Assembly: GCA_964588415.1 (NCBI GenBank)
Contig: CAZPPK010000001.1
Span: 1-56,347 of the forward strand
Source: an uncultured Lentimicrobiaceae bacterium
GTDB taxonomy: Bacteria > Bacteroidota > Bacteroidia > Bacteroidales > F082
Reading direction: 5' to 3'
Length of the DNA stretch: 56,347 nucleotides
Below the pieces are notes generated by a model. The model did not search any database. It was not told where the DNA came from and saw only the letters and a list, made by a program, of their open reading frames with translations. The translations under genes were made by a program, and so were the position numbers. Shown one piece after another: positions 1 to 10,077 of the stretch; positions within the stretch are counted from its first letter, which is position 1, and each line of letters starts with the position of its first letter.

Positions 1-48
1 AATCGCCCCAAGGGGCGGGGAATTAATCCCTTGTCCGCCTCAGGCGGA
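1..48 (-). mobile_element. Partial copy (cut by window edge) of the 96-bp non-autonomous IS200/IS605-like element
   Basis: Identical to the last 48 bp of the copies at 24902-24997 and 33869-33964; followed by TTAAA at 49-53 (TTTAA on the minus strand). Confidence 0.8.
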
Positions 49-312
49 TTAAAGGCTAAATCAAGGCAAAACATCCGTTTCAAAAAATCTTCATCTATAA
101 ACCGCTATCGATTCATACTCTATGCAAAGGTACTCATAAAATACCCCAAACCAGACTGATAATTAATAAATTGCTTTTAAAAAAGGCCGAAGAATTCCCT
201 TAAGCGAAATTTGCGGAATGCAATCGTTTGAAGAAATACACTAAGTCCTAAGGTAACAACACAATTTCTTCAATATGAAAGCCCTTTTCCCTTCAGATCA
301 TGAAGAATTTCT

Positions 313-1602
313 TTAGCGATTCAAAAGGAATTGCTTCAAATCCTCTATACTGTTAGAAATTTCTACGGATAACTTTTCTTTTTCCAGGCTATTTCTCAAT
401 TGTTCCGAGATTTTCACTTTCACCGGCAAAGCTTGTTCAACCGTTTCCCTGAATTTTGCAGGATGGGCCGTTTCCAAAAAAACACCCGAAACGTTATGTT
501 TTTTCATGTATGCAGAGAGTCCGAGATGAGCCACTGCACCATGAGGATCCAAAATATAATTGTACTTCTGGTATATGTGCTTCATTTCCAAGATGGTTTC
601 CTGATCCGTAAAACTGTAAGCTGTGATATCTTCTTTCATACCAACAAGAGAATTGCCGTACATTTCCAGCATCCGTGCGAAGTTGCTGGGATCGCCTACA
701 TCCATAGCATTAGAGATAGTAGAAACTGAAGGCCGGGGTTGAAAAAGTCCTGTTTTAAAATACTCCGGAACCACATCATTACGATTAGAAACAGCAATGA
801 AACGGTTCACGGGAAGACCAGATCTTTTGGCGATAAGCCCTGCCGTTAAATTTCCGTAATTTCCGCTGGGCACTGATACCACCAACGGTTTGGAAAGATC
901 TTTTAGCTGTCCATAGGCATAAAAATAATAAACCGCCTGTGGCAGAAGCCTTGCAATATTGATCGAATTAGCAGAAGACAAGTACAATTTTTGCTTTAAT
1001 TCATGATCTACAAAAGCAGCTTTTACCATGCGCTGACAGTCATCAAAAGTTCCGTTCACTTCCAGTGCCGTGATGTTTCCGCCAAGGGTGGTAAATTGCT
1101 TTTCCTGAATATTACTCACCTGATTTTTAGGATATAACACCACGACATCAATATCTTCAATATTATAAAAACCCTGGGCTACGGCGCTTCCTGTATCTCC
1201 CGACGTAGCCACCAAAATGGTAACTTTCGACCGTTCTGTGAATTTTGATAAAAAACGCGCCATGATCCTTGCGCCCACATCCTTAAAAGCCATGGTGGGT
1301 CCGTGAAAGAGTTCTAAAGCATATTCATCTTCACCCAGTTTTACAAGAGGTATTTCAAAGTCCAGTGCATCTTCCAGTAAAGATTTCAGTGCGAAATCAG
1401 AAAGTTCGTTTCCGACAAACGATTTTAAAAATTCAAAAGCAATTTCGCTTAATGTCAATTCGGGAAGCCTTTTATAAAAAGAAATGGGCCGTAAGGGAAT
1501 CCTTTCTGGATAAAAAAGTCCTTTGTCGTCGGCAAGTCCCTGAATCACGGCATCTTTAAAAGAAACGGGCGCTGTTTTATGATTTGTGCTGTAAAATTTC
1601 AT
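313..1602 (-). CDS. thrC: Threonine synthase
   Basis: Motifs ELFHGPTMAFKD (PLP lysine), ATSGDTG, SANSIN, VPSGNYGN and TAHPAKF; last gene of the thr operon. Confidence 0.96.
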   Translation of the reverse strand: MKFYSTNHKTAPVSFKDAVIQGLADDKGLFYPERIPLRPISFYKRLPELTLSEIAFEFLKSFVGNELSDFALKSLLEDALDFEIPLVKLGEDEYALELFHGPTMAFKDVGARIMARFLSKFTERSKVTILVATSGDTGSAVAQGFYNIEDIDVVVLYPKNQVSNIQEKQFTTLGGNITALEVNGTFDDCQRMVKAAFVDHELKQKLYLSSANSINIARLLPQAVYYFYAYGQLKDLSKPLVVSVPSGNYGNLTAGLIAKRSGLPVNRFIAVSNRNDVVPEYFKTGLFQPRPSVSTISNAMDVGDPSNFARMLEMYGNSLVGMKEDITAYSFTDQETILEMKHIYQKYNYILDPHGAVAHLGLSAYMKKHNVSGVFLETAHPAKFRETVEQALPVKVKISEQLRNSLEKEKLSVEISNSIEDLKQFLLNR

Positions 1603-1643
1603 TACTGATTCTTATTTTTCGTTGTTTATACTTTGCCGAAACA

Positions 1644-2564
1644 CTAAATCACTTTAACTCCCTGAACATTAATTCCTGATACATGTATCTCAAAATCAAT
1701 ACCGCTATCGTCGTAAATTTCTTTCATGGCGTTTGCTACATCTACCGCGGTCTCCTGATTTTTTGACAAAGCAAAAATAGCTGGACCAGAACCGGAAATT
1801 CCGCTTCCCAAGGCACCTGCATCCAAAGCGGCCTTTTTAACTTCGGTGAAAAGCGGTATCAGGATAGAACGAACCGGTTCTACGATAATATCTTCAAGCG
1901 AACGTCCGATCAGCTCATAATCTTCTTTAAACAAACCACTGATCAGTCCTGCAATATTACCCCACTGAGTCACAGCATCTTTCATTAAAACAGATTTCTT
2001 CAATATCTTCCTGGCATTGATCGTTTTAACTTCTATTTGAGGATGCAGGATACTGACGAACAAATTTTTCGGAGCGGGTATTGTGACAACATCCAATGGT
2101 GCCAGGCTTCTTATCAAGGTAAATCCACCATAAAGTGCAGGCGCTACATTGTCAGCATGCTGAACTCCAGACGCCAAAGCTTCACCCAGCATCGAAAACC
2201 CGACCAATTCATGAAGCGTGAAAATATCACCTACGATCTTATTCATCCCGTAGGCTGCTCCAGCTGCACTCGCCGCGCTGGAACCAATGCCACTGCCTGG
2301 TTTTATGCCCTTTTTGATAGTCATCTCAACACCAAATTGCGGTTGGACTTTTTTCAACATCGCCAGGGCAACTACTCCGGCAACATTTTTTTCCGGTACC
2401 GTTGACAAATTACTGTTTCCATCCATTTTAATAACCAATCCTTTTTGGGTAGTTTTTTTGAAATTCATTTCATCCCCTACCGCTTTCAAAGCAAAGCCGA
2501 GAATATCGAAAGCACAGGAAACATTAGCGACTGTCGCCGGAGAAAAAATCTTAACTTCATCCAT
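1644..2564 (-). CDS. thrB: Homoserine kinase
   Basis: GHMP kinase motifs PATVANVSCAFD, PGSGIGSSAAS, HADNVAP and ISGSGP; lies between thrA and thrC. Confidence 0.96.
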   Translation of the reverse strand: MDEVKIFSPATVANVSCAFDILGFALKAVGDEMNFKKTTQKGLVIKMDGNSNLSTVPEKNVAGVVALAMLKKVQPQFGVEMTIKKGIKPGSGIGSSAASAAGAAYGMNKIVGDIFTLHELVGFSMLGEALASGVQHADNVAPALYGGFTLIRSLAPLDVVTIPAPKNLFVSILHPQIEVKTINARKILKKSVLMKDAVTQWGNIAGLISGLFKEDYELIGRSLEDIIVEPVRSILIPLFTEVKKAALDAGALGSGISGSGPAIFALSKNQETAVDVANAMKEIYDDSGIDFEIHVSGINVQGVKVI

Positions 2565-2594
2565 GAGTTTTAATTTAATGATGAAAATTACGGT

Positions 2595-5042
2595 TTATTG
2601 ATTTACCACTGAAATAATATCTGCAAAAACACCCGAAGCCGTAACCGGTGCACCGGCTCCTGCTCCTTTCACTACCAGAGGTTGCTCGCTGTATCTTTTC
2701 GAAAAGATCAAAACAATGTTGTCTTTCCCATCCAGTTGATAATAAGGCTGTGAAGCATCTGCATTTTGCAACCCTACATGTGCTTTCCCTCTATCCAATT
2801 CCGCCACGTAGCGCAATTTTGTTTGCCTGCGTTCAGCGTCCTTTCTGATGTTTTCGAAATAAGGATCATACTGTGGCAATGCTTCCAGAAATTCACTTAC
2901 ACTTTCCATTTTCATGAGCTGCCCGGGCATAAAAGATTTATTTTCAACCGTATCAAATTCCAGAGGAATTCCGCATTCACGACCCAGAATCAGAATTTTT
3001 CGCATCACATCCTGACCACTCAAATCAATACGAGGATCTGGCTCTGTGTATCCTTCTTTGATAGCGAGTTTTACCACATCTGAAAAAGATGTTCCTTCCA
3101 CAAAATTGTTAAAAATGAAGTTTAAACTACCAGATAAAACTGCCTGGATGCTAAAGATCTTGTCACCGCTTTTCATCATCCCCTGGATGGTTTTCAATAT
3201 TGGCAAGCCTGCACCCACATTGGTTTCGTAAAGATATTTCACATTTCTAGCTTTCGCCAGATTGTTCAAATTCTTATAATTTTCGTACTGTGATGAAGCA
3301 GCAATTTTATTGGATGCTACCACCGAAATACTCTGTTGCAAAACTTCTTCATACAATCCAGCTATTGATACACTGGCGGTATTGTCAACAAAAACGGAAT
3401 TGCGAAGGTTCATTTCTTTCATTTTCTGAAGAAATGCCATCCGCGACATTACTTCTCCTTTTTCCAGCAGGTCAGTTTTCCAATGGTTTAAATCAACTGA
3501 TTTTTCATCAAAAAGCATTTTACGGCTGTTGGCCAATCCTACCACTTTGATTTCCAACGCATATTCATTTTTAAGATAATCAAATTGCTCATGAATCTGC
3601 TCCAGCAAAGCGCTTCCAACATTTCCCACACCAACCATAAAAAGGTGGACTTTTTTGTATTTGGAAAGGAAAAATGTTTCATGAAGCACGTTCAACACCT
3701 TTGTGATATCACGATCAGAAACCACTAAAGAAATATTTCTTTCGGTGGAACCCTGTGCAATAGCCCGGATGTTGATACCATTTTTCCCCAATGCGTTGAA
3801 GGCTTTTCCACTTAATCCGATGGAAGATTTCATCTTATCTCCCACCAGTGCAATCACTGAAAGGTTCTCATCGACTTGCAAAGCATCAATTTTTGAAAGC
3901 GCCATCTCGTTTTCAAATTCTTTGATGAGAGAATTTTTCGCACGTTTCAAATCCTGTTTGTTGATCGCAGCGGTAATGGAGTGTTCTGATGATGCCTGGG
4001 TGATGAAAATGACATTCACTTTCTCTCTTGACAAAGTGGAGAAAAAACGGGCTGCAATTCCGGTTACACCGACCATTCCGGCTCCCGTGAGCGTCAGCAA
4101 AACAGTATGGTTAACATGTGATAATCCTTTAATCGCATGGCCGTTTTGTTTTCCGTCCCGGCAAATGAGCGTCCCGGGAATATTCGGTTTAAACGTGTTT
4201 TTTATCCAAAGTGGAATATTTTTTCGCATTACCGGTTGAAGCGTTGGTGGGAAAACCACACGGGCACCAAAATGCGAGAGCTCCATGATCTCTTCGTAAG
4301 ACATTTTTTCAAGCGGCATGGCAGTCTCTACCAGGTTTGGATCAGCAGTCATAACACCATCCACATCGGTCCATATTTCAAGTTCGGATGCATCTACCGC
4401 CGCCGCAAGAATTGCAGCCGTGTAATCGGAGCCACCACGACCCAAAGTAGTATCGTTGCCATCTGCCGACCGGGCAACAAAACCAGGAACAAATATGTGG
4501 CTGTCTATCTCTTTTACCTTTTCGGAAATCTTTTTATCGGTACGTTCAAAAAGGACTTGTGCCTGTCCGTAGGATTCATCTGTAACAATCAAATCCCGGG
4601 CATCCAAAAGCTCAGTGGTTATCTGATTATGATTGAGCGCTGCTGAAATAATTACTGAAGAAAGCCTTTCGCCAAAGCCCAAAAGATAATCGCGTGTCTT
4701 GGGGAAGAGTTCATGTAGAAGGAAAATTCCATTGCATAGATCGTCCAGCTCATTCAGAAGTATTTTTATATCTCCAATAATGGGACTTTGTTTCTTCAAT
4801 GGAACAATATCCCGTATCGCACGAAAATGCCTTTCACCGATTTCATTTAAAGTTATCTGATAGCCTTCGTCTCCCGCCTTTGACTGCTCACCGGCTTTTT
4901 CCAACAGATTGGTGACCCCACCCATGGCAGAAGCCACCAGGATCAATTGTTCCCCTTCGCTTCTCTCTTTAATAATTTCTATTACTTTTAAGATGTTACC
5001 AGCATTGGCAACAGAACTTCCTCCAAATTTTAAAACTTTCAT
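2595..5042 (-). CDS. thrA: Bifunctional aspartokinase/homoserine dehydrogenase
   Basis: VLKFGGSS and LGRGGSDYTA, two ACT domains, GVGNVG Rossmann motif, GYTEPDPRIDL; 815 aa. Confidence 0.96.
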   Translation of the reverse strand: MKVLKFGGSSVANAGNILKVIEIIKERSEGEQLILVASAMGGVTNLLEKAGEQSKAGDEGYQITLNEIGERHFRAIRDIVPLKKQSPIIGDIKILLNELDDLCNGIFLLHELFPKTRDYLLGFGERLSSVIISAALNHNQITTELLDARDLIVTDESYGQAQVLFERTDKKISEKVKEIDSHIFVPGFVARSADGNDTTLGRGGSDYTAAILAAAVDASELEIWTDVDGVMTADPNLVETAMPLEKMSYEEIMELSHFGARVVFPPTLQPVMRKNIPLWIKNTFKPNIPGTLICRDGKQNGHAIKGLSHVNHTVLLTLTGAGMVGVTGIAARFFSTLSREKVNVIFITQASSEHSITAAINKQDLKRAKNSLIKEFENEMALSKIDALQVDENLSVIALVGDKMKSSIGLSGKAFNALGKNGINIRAIAQGSTERNISLVVSDRDITKVLNVLHETFFLSKYKKVHLFMVGVGNVGSALLEQIHEQFDYLKNEYALEIKVVGLANSRKMLFDEKSVDLNHWKTDLLEKGEVMSRMAFLQKMKEMNLRNSVFVDNTASVSIAGLYEEVLQQSISVVASNKIAASSQYENYKNLNNLAKARNVKYLYETNVGAGLPILKTIQGMMKSGDKIFSIQAVLSGSLNFIFNNFVEGTSFSDVVKLAIKEGYTEPDPRIDLSGQDVMRKILILGRECGIPLEFDTVENKSFMPGQLMKMESVSEFLEALPQYDPYFENIRKDAERRQTKLRYVAELDRGKAHVGLQNADASQPYYQLDGKDNIVLIFSKRYSEQPLVVKGAGAGAPVTASGVFADIISVVNQ

Positions 5043-5059
5043 TCTTTAAATTTTTTTGA

Positions 5060-5270
5060 TAAACGGGAAAAGCCAACCCCTGAAGTGGTTTTCCTTTTTG
5101 TTTTTTAAATAAATGCCGTGGAATGTTTCCCGATGAATCGGAACGAAAATAATTTATACCCCCCAGGGGGTTGATATAAAGGTGGTAAAACGGCAAATAG
5201 TATTAGGCCCTTCGATGCGCCCTCGATGGCTATGCCTGAAACAAGATACTATTTGCAAACTGTTTTTCAA
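5060..5270 (-). promoter_or_regulatory. Candidate thr operon leader/attenuator (38-codon TTG-start uORF at 5270-5154 plus several hairpins)
   Basis: uORF ends NTICRFTTFISTPWGV; 11-bp inverted repeat GCAAATAGTAT/ATACTATTTGC; hairpin GGAAAACCA...TGGCTTTTCC just before the thrA start. Confidence 0.4.
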
Positions 5271-5395
5271 ACTCTTATTATTTTTCGGGGGTAAAAGTAG
5301 AAAAATTCTTTTTGATACAACAAAATATTGTTTTTCTTTTTTTGTTAAGGATGGAGAGGTAAGCTGGAAGTCGGAAGTTTTTGGTTCCGGTTTCG

Positions 5396-7762
5396 TTATT
5401 TCTTCCTGATAATTTTTTTCTTTCCATTCTTTAAAGTAAAATGGACCGGTTTCTGCTGTCCTACAACAATAAAAGTAACATTCCTTTCTTCCGGCATGCC
5501 TCCATAACCTTTCCCGGAAACGAAAAAAGTGAATTTCTTTCCGTTTTCAGATTTGAACTTAAGCAATTGATAATTCCCATCTTTAAAAGCTCCAAAAGTC
5601 TTCCCGTCATCTTCATACATAACGCCTTTGGAACTTTTCCCGGAAGGGTTAGGAAAATAAAGCACTGTCAAATCCTTTGATGAATAGTAATCGGTAGAAT
5701 TCACTGCTTTCACCATGGGAATAAAAGAGCCGGCTTTAACAAATAGCGGAATGGTTTCCAGATTTACCGGTACCGTAATCCATTTCCCACCTTCATATTT
5801 TTTGTGATCCCACCAACTGTACCACAATCCTTTGGGAAGATACAGCTTCAGATTTTTTACTCCGGGATGAATCACTGGCGCCACAAGGAAATCAGATCCA
5901 AAGAAATATTCATCAATCACGGAGTAAGCAATGCTATCGTTGGGATATTCAAAGAACAGCGGCCTAATAATCGGGGTTCCGTTTTCGTCGGCTTGCCAGG
6001 CAACCGTATAAATATAGGGCAGTAGCCGGTAACGCAATTTCATAAAATCGCGTACAATGCTCTGAGTGGTATCATTAAAAAATATGGGTTCGGACGGAAT
6101 TACGGAACCGTGCGGTTTTAGGATCGGGGAAAAGCAGGCAAACTGTAACCAACGGGTATATAATTCATTGTCTTTCACGCCCATGGCAAAGCCGCCTGCA
6201 TCAGCATGAATGAAAGGCATCCCACTCATGCTCATGTTCAGCATAACAGGAAGTTGCGCCTGAAGGCCGCTCCAACTTCGTGAAATATCACCCGACCAAG
6301 GAAAAACAGAAAAGCGCTGAGAACCGGCATATCCGGCACGGTTCAAATCGAAAAGTCGTGTTTTGGGATAATGTTTTCGATAATTATCAAAAATCATTTT
6401 TTCCCAATAAAAGGCATACAGATTTCGAACCTGATCAGCTTTCCCACTTACAAAATATTGATGTTCGGAGATAGTTTCAGGCTCGCCTAAATCGCCCCAC
6501 CATCCGGCAACGCCAATTTTAATTTGTTTGTTGTACTGTTTCCAAAACCAGTTCTGAGCAACGGGCTTGAAAATATCGATCAGGCTGGCAGGACCGAAAT
6601 AAAACCGGGTGTTAATAAATGTTTTTCCCAAACTGTCTGTGGAAAATAATCCCAGTTTTTTGGCAATTTTAAAGTGCCGTAAGGTATCGATGATGTATGG
6701 TTCAGTAATCAGAATGGTCTTTACACCCTTTTTCCTGAATTTGGCAATCATTTCCTTAGGATTTGGCCAATGGGGTTTATACCAGTTCAACTCTCCAAGA
6801 TATCCTTTAATATTGTTGCCGAACCAATAAAAATCCAGAATCAGGGCGTCGATGGGAAAATCCTTTGCCTGCATGGCGCTGACAATGGAATCGGCTTCGC
6901 TTTGTGTGCGATAAGCCATCCGTGATTGCAGATTTCCCAACGCCCAGCGTGGTGGCAAAGGCTGCGTTCCGGTAAGTTTTCCATAAGAACAGTAAATATC
7001 CGGATAATCGTATCCTGCAATAAAAACGTACTTTGTCAGCCCGCCGGATGCACCGAACTCAAGTATATTTTTGTTCAAATGACCAATATCGGCATAGCCT
7101 TTTTCAGGATTATCGTACAGCAACAGGTATTTCTTTGAAGAAAGCAACACAGGAACAGAAAAGTTCAGATTCTTCTGCCCCATTCCATAGCCGTAATGCG
7201 CCTGATTGAAAAGCTGAAATCGATTGCTTTTCAACGAAGTAACCGCACGCTCCCCCAGTCCGAAATAACGTTCGTGCTTTCCTATTTTAAACTGTAACCC
7301 GCTTTCTTTACCCCTTTCAAAAAAACCTTTGTCTTCATTTAAAAGTGTATCATTGTGATAGACAAAACTTGCATAGAATGGATTTTTATGAAAGATGAGT
7401 TGCAGGCTATCCGATTGGAATCTTAGAAAGTCCTTTGCGTCTTCCACGCGGACTTTTGTATCTTTTGATTTCAGAACAATTTCCACTGAAGAATCTGCAG
7501 TAGCTTCCCCGGAAGGAAAATCCTTAAGCCGCACAATTTTTGGATCATAGAAGAAGCTTTTCACAAGCCCGTGGTTTGTCTGAACGCTCAGTACACCGTT
7601 TGAAAGAGTATAAGACAGCATTTGCCTGTTATTGAAATTATACCCAGCCGAATCCTTTTCAGAAGGTTTCATATCGGATTGTCGAGCCAAACCGGTTCCT
7701 GAAAAAAAGCCGAAAATCAATAAAAAAGTCAATGCCAGATAAATGCGTCTGTTTTTATTCAT
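5396..7762 (-). CDS. Secreted GH31 alpha-glucosidase / oligosaccharide alpha-1,4-transglucosylase-like enzyme
   Basis: Signal peptide; GTQPLPPRWALG; nucleophile motif GWWGDLGEPE; acid/base motif WSGD; ELYTRWLQF. Confidence 0.9.
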   Translation of the reverse strand: MNKNRRIYLALTFLLIFGFFSGTGLARQSDMKPSEKDSAGYNFNNRQMLSYTLSNGVLSVQTNHGLVKSFFYDPKIVRLKDFPSGEATADSSVEIVLKSKDTKVRVEDAKDFLRFQSDSLQLIFHKNPFYASFVYHNDTLLNEDKGFFERGKESGLQFKIGKHERYFGLGERAVTSLKSNRFQLFNQAHYGYGMGQKNLNFSVPVLLSSKKYLLLYDNPEKGYADIGHLNKNILEFGASGGLTKYVFIAGYDYPDIYCSYGKLTGTQPLPPRWALGNLQSRMAYRTQSEADSIVSAMQAKDFPIDALILDFYWFGNNIKGYLGELNWYKPHWPNPKEMIAKFRKKGVKTILITEPYIIDTLRHFKIAKKLGLFSTDSLGKTFINTRFYFGPASLIDIFKPVAQNWFWKQYNKQIKIGVAGWWGDLGEPETISEHQYFVSGKADQVRNLYAFYWEKMIFDNYRKHYPKTRLFDLNRAGYAGSQRFSVFPWSGDISRSWSGLQAQLPVMLNMSMSGMPFIHADAGGFAMGVKDNELYTRWLQFACFSPILKPHGSVIPSEPIFFNDTTQSIVRDFMKLRYRLLPYIYTVAWQADENGTPIIRPLFFEYPNDSIAYSVIDEYFFGSDFLVAPVIHPGVKNLKLYLPKGLWYSWWDHKKYEGGKWITVPVNLETIPLFVKAGSFIPMVKAVNSTDYYSSKDLTVLYFPNPSGKSSKGVMYEDDGKTFGAFKDGNYQLLKFKSENGKKFTFFVSGKGYGGMPEERNVTFIVVGQQKPVHFTLKNGKKKIIRKK

Positions 7763-7780
7763 AATGCAAGATTTTGAACC

Positions 7781-7802
7781 CGAGACCTTTGCAAAGGTCT
7801 CG
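7781..7802. repeat. Perfect 22-bp palindrome CGAGACCTTTGCAAAGGTCTCG
   Basis: Seen directly, 18 bp upstream of the GH31 start; function unknown. Confidence 0.7.
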
Positions 7803-7834
7803 ACCTATTTTTTCAAACAGGAACGTTATAAATT

Positions 7835-7855
7835 AAGCGGGCATTTAACCCGCTT
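7835..7855 (-). terminator. Hairpin after the GH13 gene (possible terminator or RNA stabiliser)
   Basis: AAGCGGG/CCCGCTT stem with a weak U tract. Confidence 0.4.
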
Positions 7856-7870
7856 TTAATTTAAAAAAAT

Positions 7871-9733
7871 TTACTTCTCCAATTCAACAATCAATGGTGA
7901 TTTTGCAGGAATGGTAATGCTGTTCAACTGGTTGAAAACATCAGAGGTTATCACCGATTTCCCTTTTGTAAAGCCCTTTAAGTCGTCGACAAACCTGGAC
8001 ATATTAACAGTCTTAGGTTCTTTATTGTTGTTGAGCATCACCATCACTTTTTGTCCTTTGTAGGCACGGAAATAAACATAAATGCCGTCTTCAACAATAT
8101 ATTGGGTGAGGGTTCCGAATTGAACGGCTTTATTGGTTTTACGCCAGTTCAAAAGACGTTTCAGAAAATTAAAGGCATCATTTTGTTCGGCATTTCTTCC
8201 CTGAGAAGTAAAAGCATTCAGGGAATCTCCGGGCCAGCCACCGGGAAAATCTTTACGGGTAACACCGTCGCTTTTGTTTTTATCCCCGGTCATCAGAATT
8301 TCATCTCCATAATAAATTTCAGGAATTCCACGGGTTGTCATCAGGAACGCCATGGCCATCTTCCAACTGTTCAGGTTTTCATGCAAATCTGTGAACAGCC
8401 GGGTCATGTCGTGGTTGTCGGCAAAGATTCCTAATTTCATGGGATTACTGTAAACGAAATCCTGTGCCAGCACATCGTACAATCTTGCAAGACCCGTGGT
8501 CCAGCCATTTGGCTCATTAAATGCCTGACGAATGGCAAAACAAAGTGGAAAATCAAAGACATTGGTCAGATGGGATTGATAACCATCATGGTTGGTTTTG
8601 TTTTGAAGCCAGTATGCCACCGTTGCCGGTTGGTCAAACCAGGTTTCACCAACCACGTTAAAATGAGGATATTCATGCAAAATCCGCTGCATCCAGTGTG
8701 CCATGAATTTTTTGTAAGAATAAGGATAGGTATCCTGGCGAATTCCGTCCAGTCCGACATATTCTATCCACCAAATACTGTTTTGGATTAAATAGTTTGC
8801 CACCAGGGGGTTGTTCTGGTTAAGGTCAGCCATGCTGGAATCAAACCAGCCACCTACCATCTGTTTGTAATCAGATTTTGATGCATGCGGGTCGGAAACC
8901 ACTCCGCCATGATAATTGGAACGGGTAAATTTTGGCCATTGGTTATACCAGTTATGCATTGGGAGATCATCTTTCCAGAAATAATTTGTTCCACAATGAT
9001 TGAAAACCATATCCTGAATGATCTTTATTCCCTTTTTATGGGCATCTTCCACCAATTCTTTGTATTCGTGATTCGTTCCATAACGCGGATCCACCTTGTA
9101 ATAATCAGTCATAGCGTACCCATGATAAGAAGTATTAGGCTGGTTATCTTCCATAAGAGGGGAACTCCAAATGGCAGTAATTCCAAGATTTTTCAGGTAA
9201 TCCAAATGGTTGATAATTCCCTGAATATCTCCGCCATGTCTTCCGTTTGGATCTTTTCTGTTTGCTTTTTCAAACATACCGGGCATGTTGTCGTTGGCCG
9301 GATTTCCGTTGGAAAAACGGTCGGGCATGATCAAATAGATCACATCAGAATCATTAAAACCCTGATGAAGTTTCGGATCAATTTTTCTTTTGTTCAAAAC
9401 ATAGGAATAAACAACTTTGTCTTTTTTCCCTTCTTTAAAATGAATATTGAGCGTACCTGGTTTTGCATCGTGGCTGATCACCAGATTTAAAAACAAATAA
9501 TCAGGGCTTTCCACATGGATCACTTCGTGTAAAACCACTCCTGGGTAATTAATAACAGGTTGAGTTTTAGAGATTTCATGACCAAAAACCATTAATTGCA
9601 GGTGGGGATCATGCATTCCTGCCCACCATGACGGAGGATCGACACGTTGGACTGAAATTTTCTGTGCCTGGACACCAAAGCTACAGAAAACAACCAACAG
9701 TGATACCAAGACCGGTTTAATTAATATCTTCAT
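7871..9733 (-). CDS. SusA-like neopullulanase/cyclomaltodextrinase (GH13), secreted
   Basis: Signal peptide; N-domain RVDPPSWWAGM; YLIMPDRFSNG and YHGY; catalytic motifs GIRQDTY, VGETW and DNHD. Confidence 0.92.
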   Translation of the reverse strand: MKILIKPVLVSLLVVFCSFGVQAQKISVQRVDPPSWWAGMHDPHLQLMVFGHEISKTQPVINYPGVVLHEVIHVESPDYLFLNLVISHDAKPGTLNIHFKEGKKDKVVYSYVLNKRKIDPKLHQGFNDSDVIYLIMPDRFSNGNPANDNMPGMFEKANRKDPNGRHGGDIQGIINHLDYLKNLGITAIWSSPLMEDNQPNTSYHGYAMTDYYKVDPRYGTNHEYKELVEDAHKKGIKIIQDMVFNHCGTNYFWKDDLPMHNWYNQWPKFTRSNYHGGVVSDPHASKSDYKQMVGGWFDSSMADLNQNNPLVANYLIQNSIWWIEYVGLDGIRQDTYPYSYKKFMAHWMQRILHEYPHFNVVGETWFDQPATVAYWLQNKTNHDGYQSHLTNVFDFPLCFAIRQAFNEPNGWTTGLARLYDVLAQDFVYSNPMKLGIFADNHDMTRLFTDLHENLNSWKMAMAFLMTTRGIPEIYYGDEILMTGDKNKSDGVTRKDFPGGWPGDSLNAFTSQGRNAEQNDAFNFLKRLLNWRKTNKAVQFGTLTQYIVEDGIYVYFRAYKGQKVMVMLNNNKEPKTVNMSRFVDDLKGFTKGKSVITSDVFNQLNSITIPAKSPLIVELEK

Positions 9734-9951
9734 TATTTTAAAATTTGGAGTTATAAATTCTATCGTTAAGCATTGATTTCATTTTACTTCAACCTTCCGG
9801 CCAGGTGTCTCCGGAATTATGAATAAAGGTAATACCCTCCAAAGTACAGAAATCAAAAATAACAAAATTTCAGATCAGGAAATCTTAACAAGGGATACAA
9901 CCACATAAAACGCAAGACATAAAACTTCCTACAATCTTCATCTACCTATCA

Positions 9952-9961
9952 CAAACGTTTG
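9952..9961. promoter_or_regulatory. Candidate LacI-family operator CAAACGTTTG
   Basis: Perfect palindrome with central CG, between the divergent GH13 and treS-like genes. Confidence 0.35.
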
Positions 9962-10077
9962 ATATCAGCCAATATAAATATTCTGAATGGATATCGGGGA
10001 CTTAGTGTATTTATGCCTTAGTGTTTCCGTAATCTGTGAACTCATTTCAGTACTTTTGCATGTATAAGAGACCCTAT

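Noticed and set aside
4996-5409. ORFs 4996-5196 (-) and 5182-5409 (+), and a possible lysine/SAM riboswitch before thrA
   Set aside because: The ORFs overlap thrA or its promoter and show no protein-like features; no riboswitch consensus was recognised.
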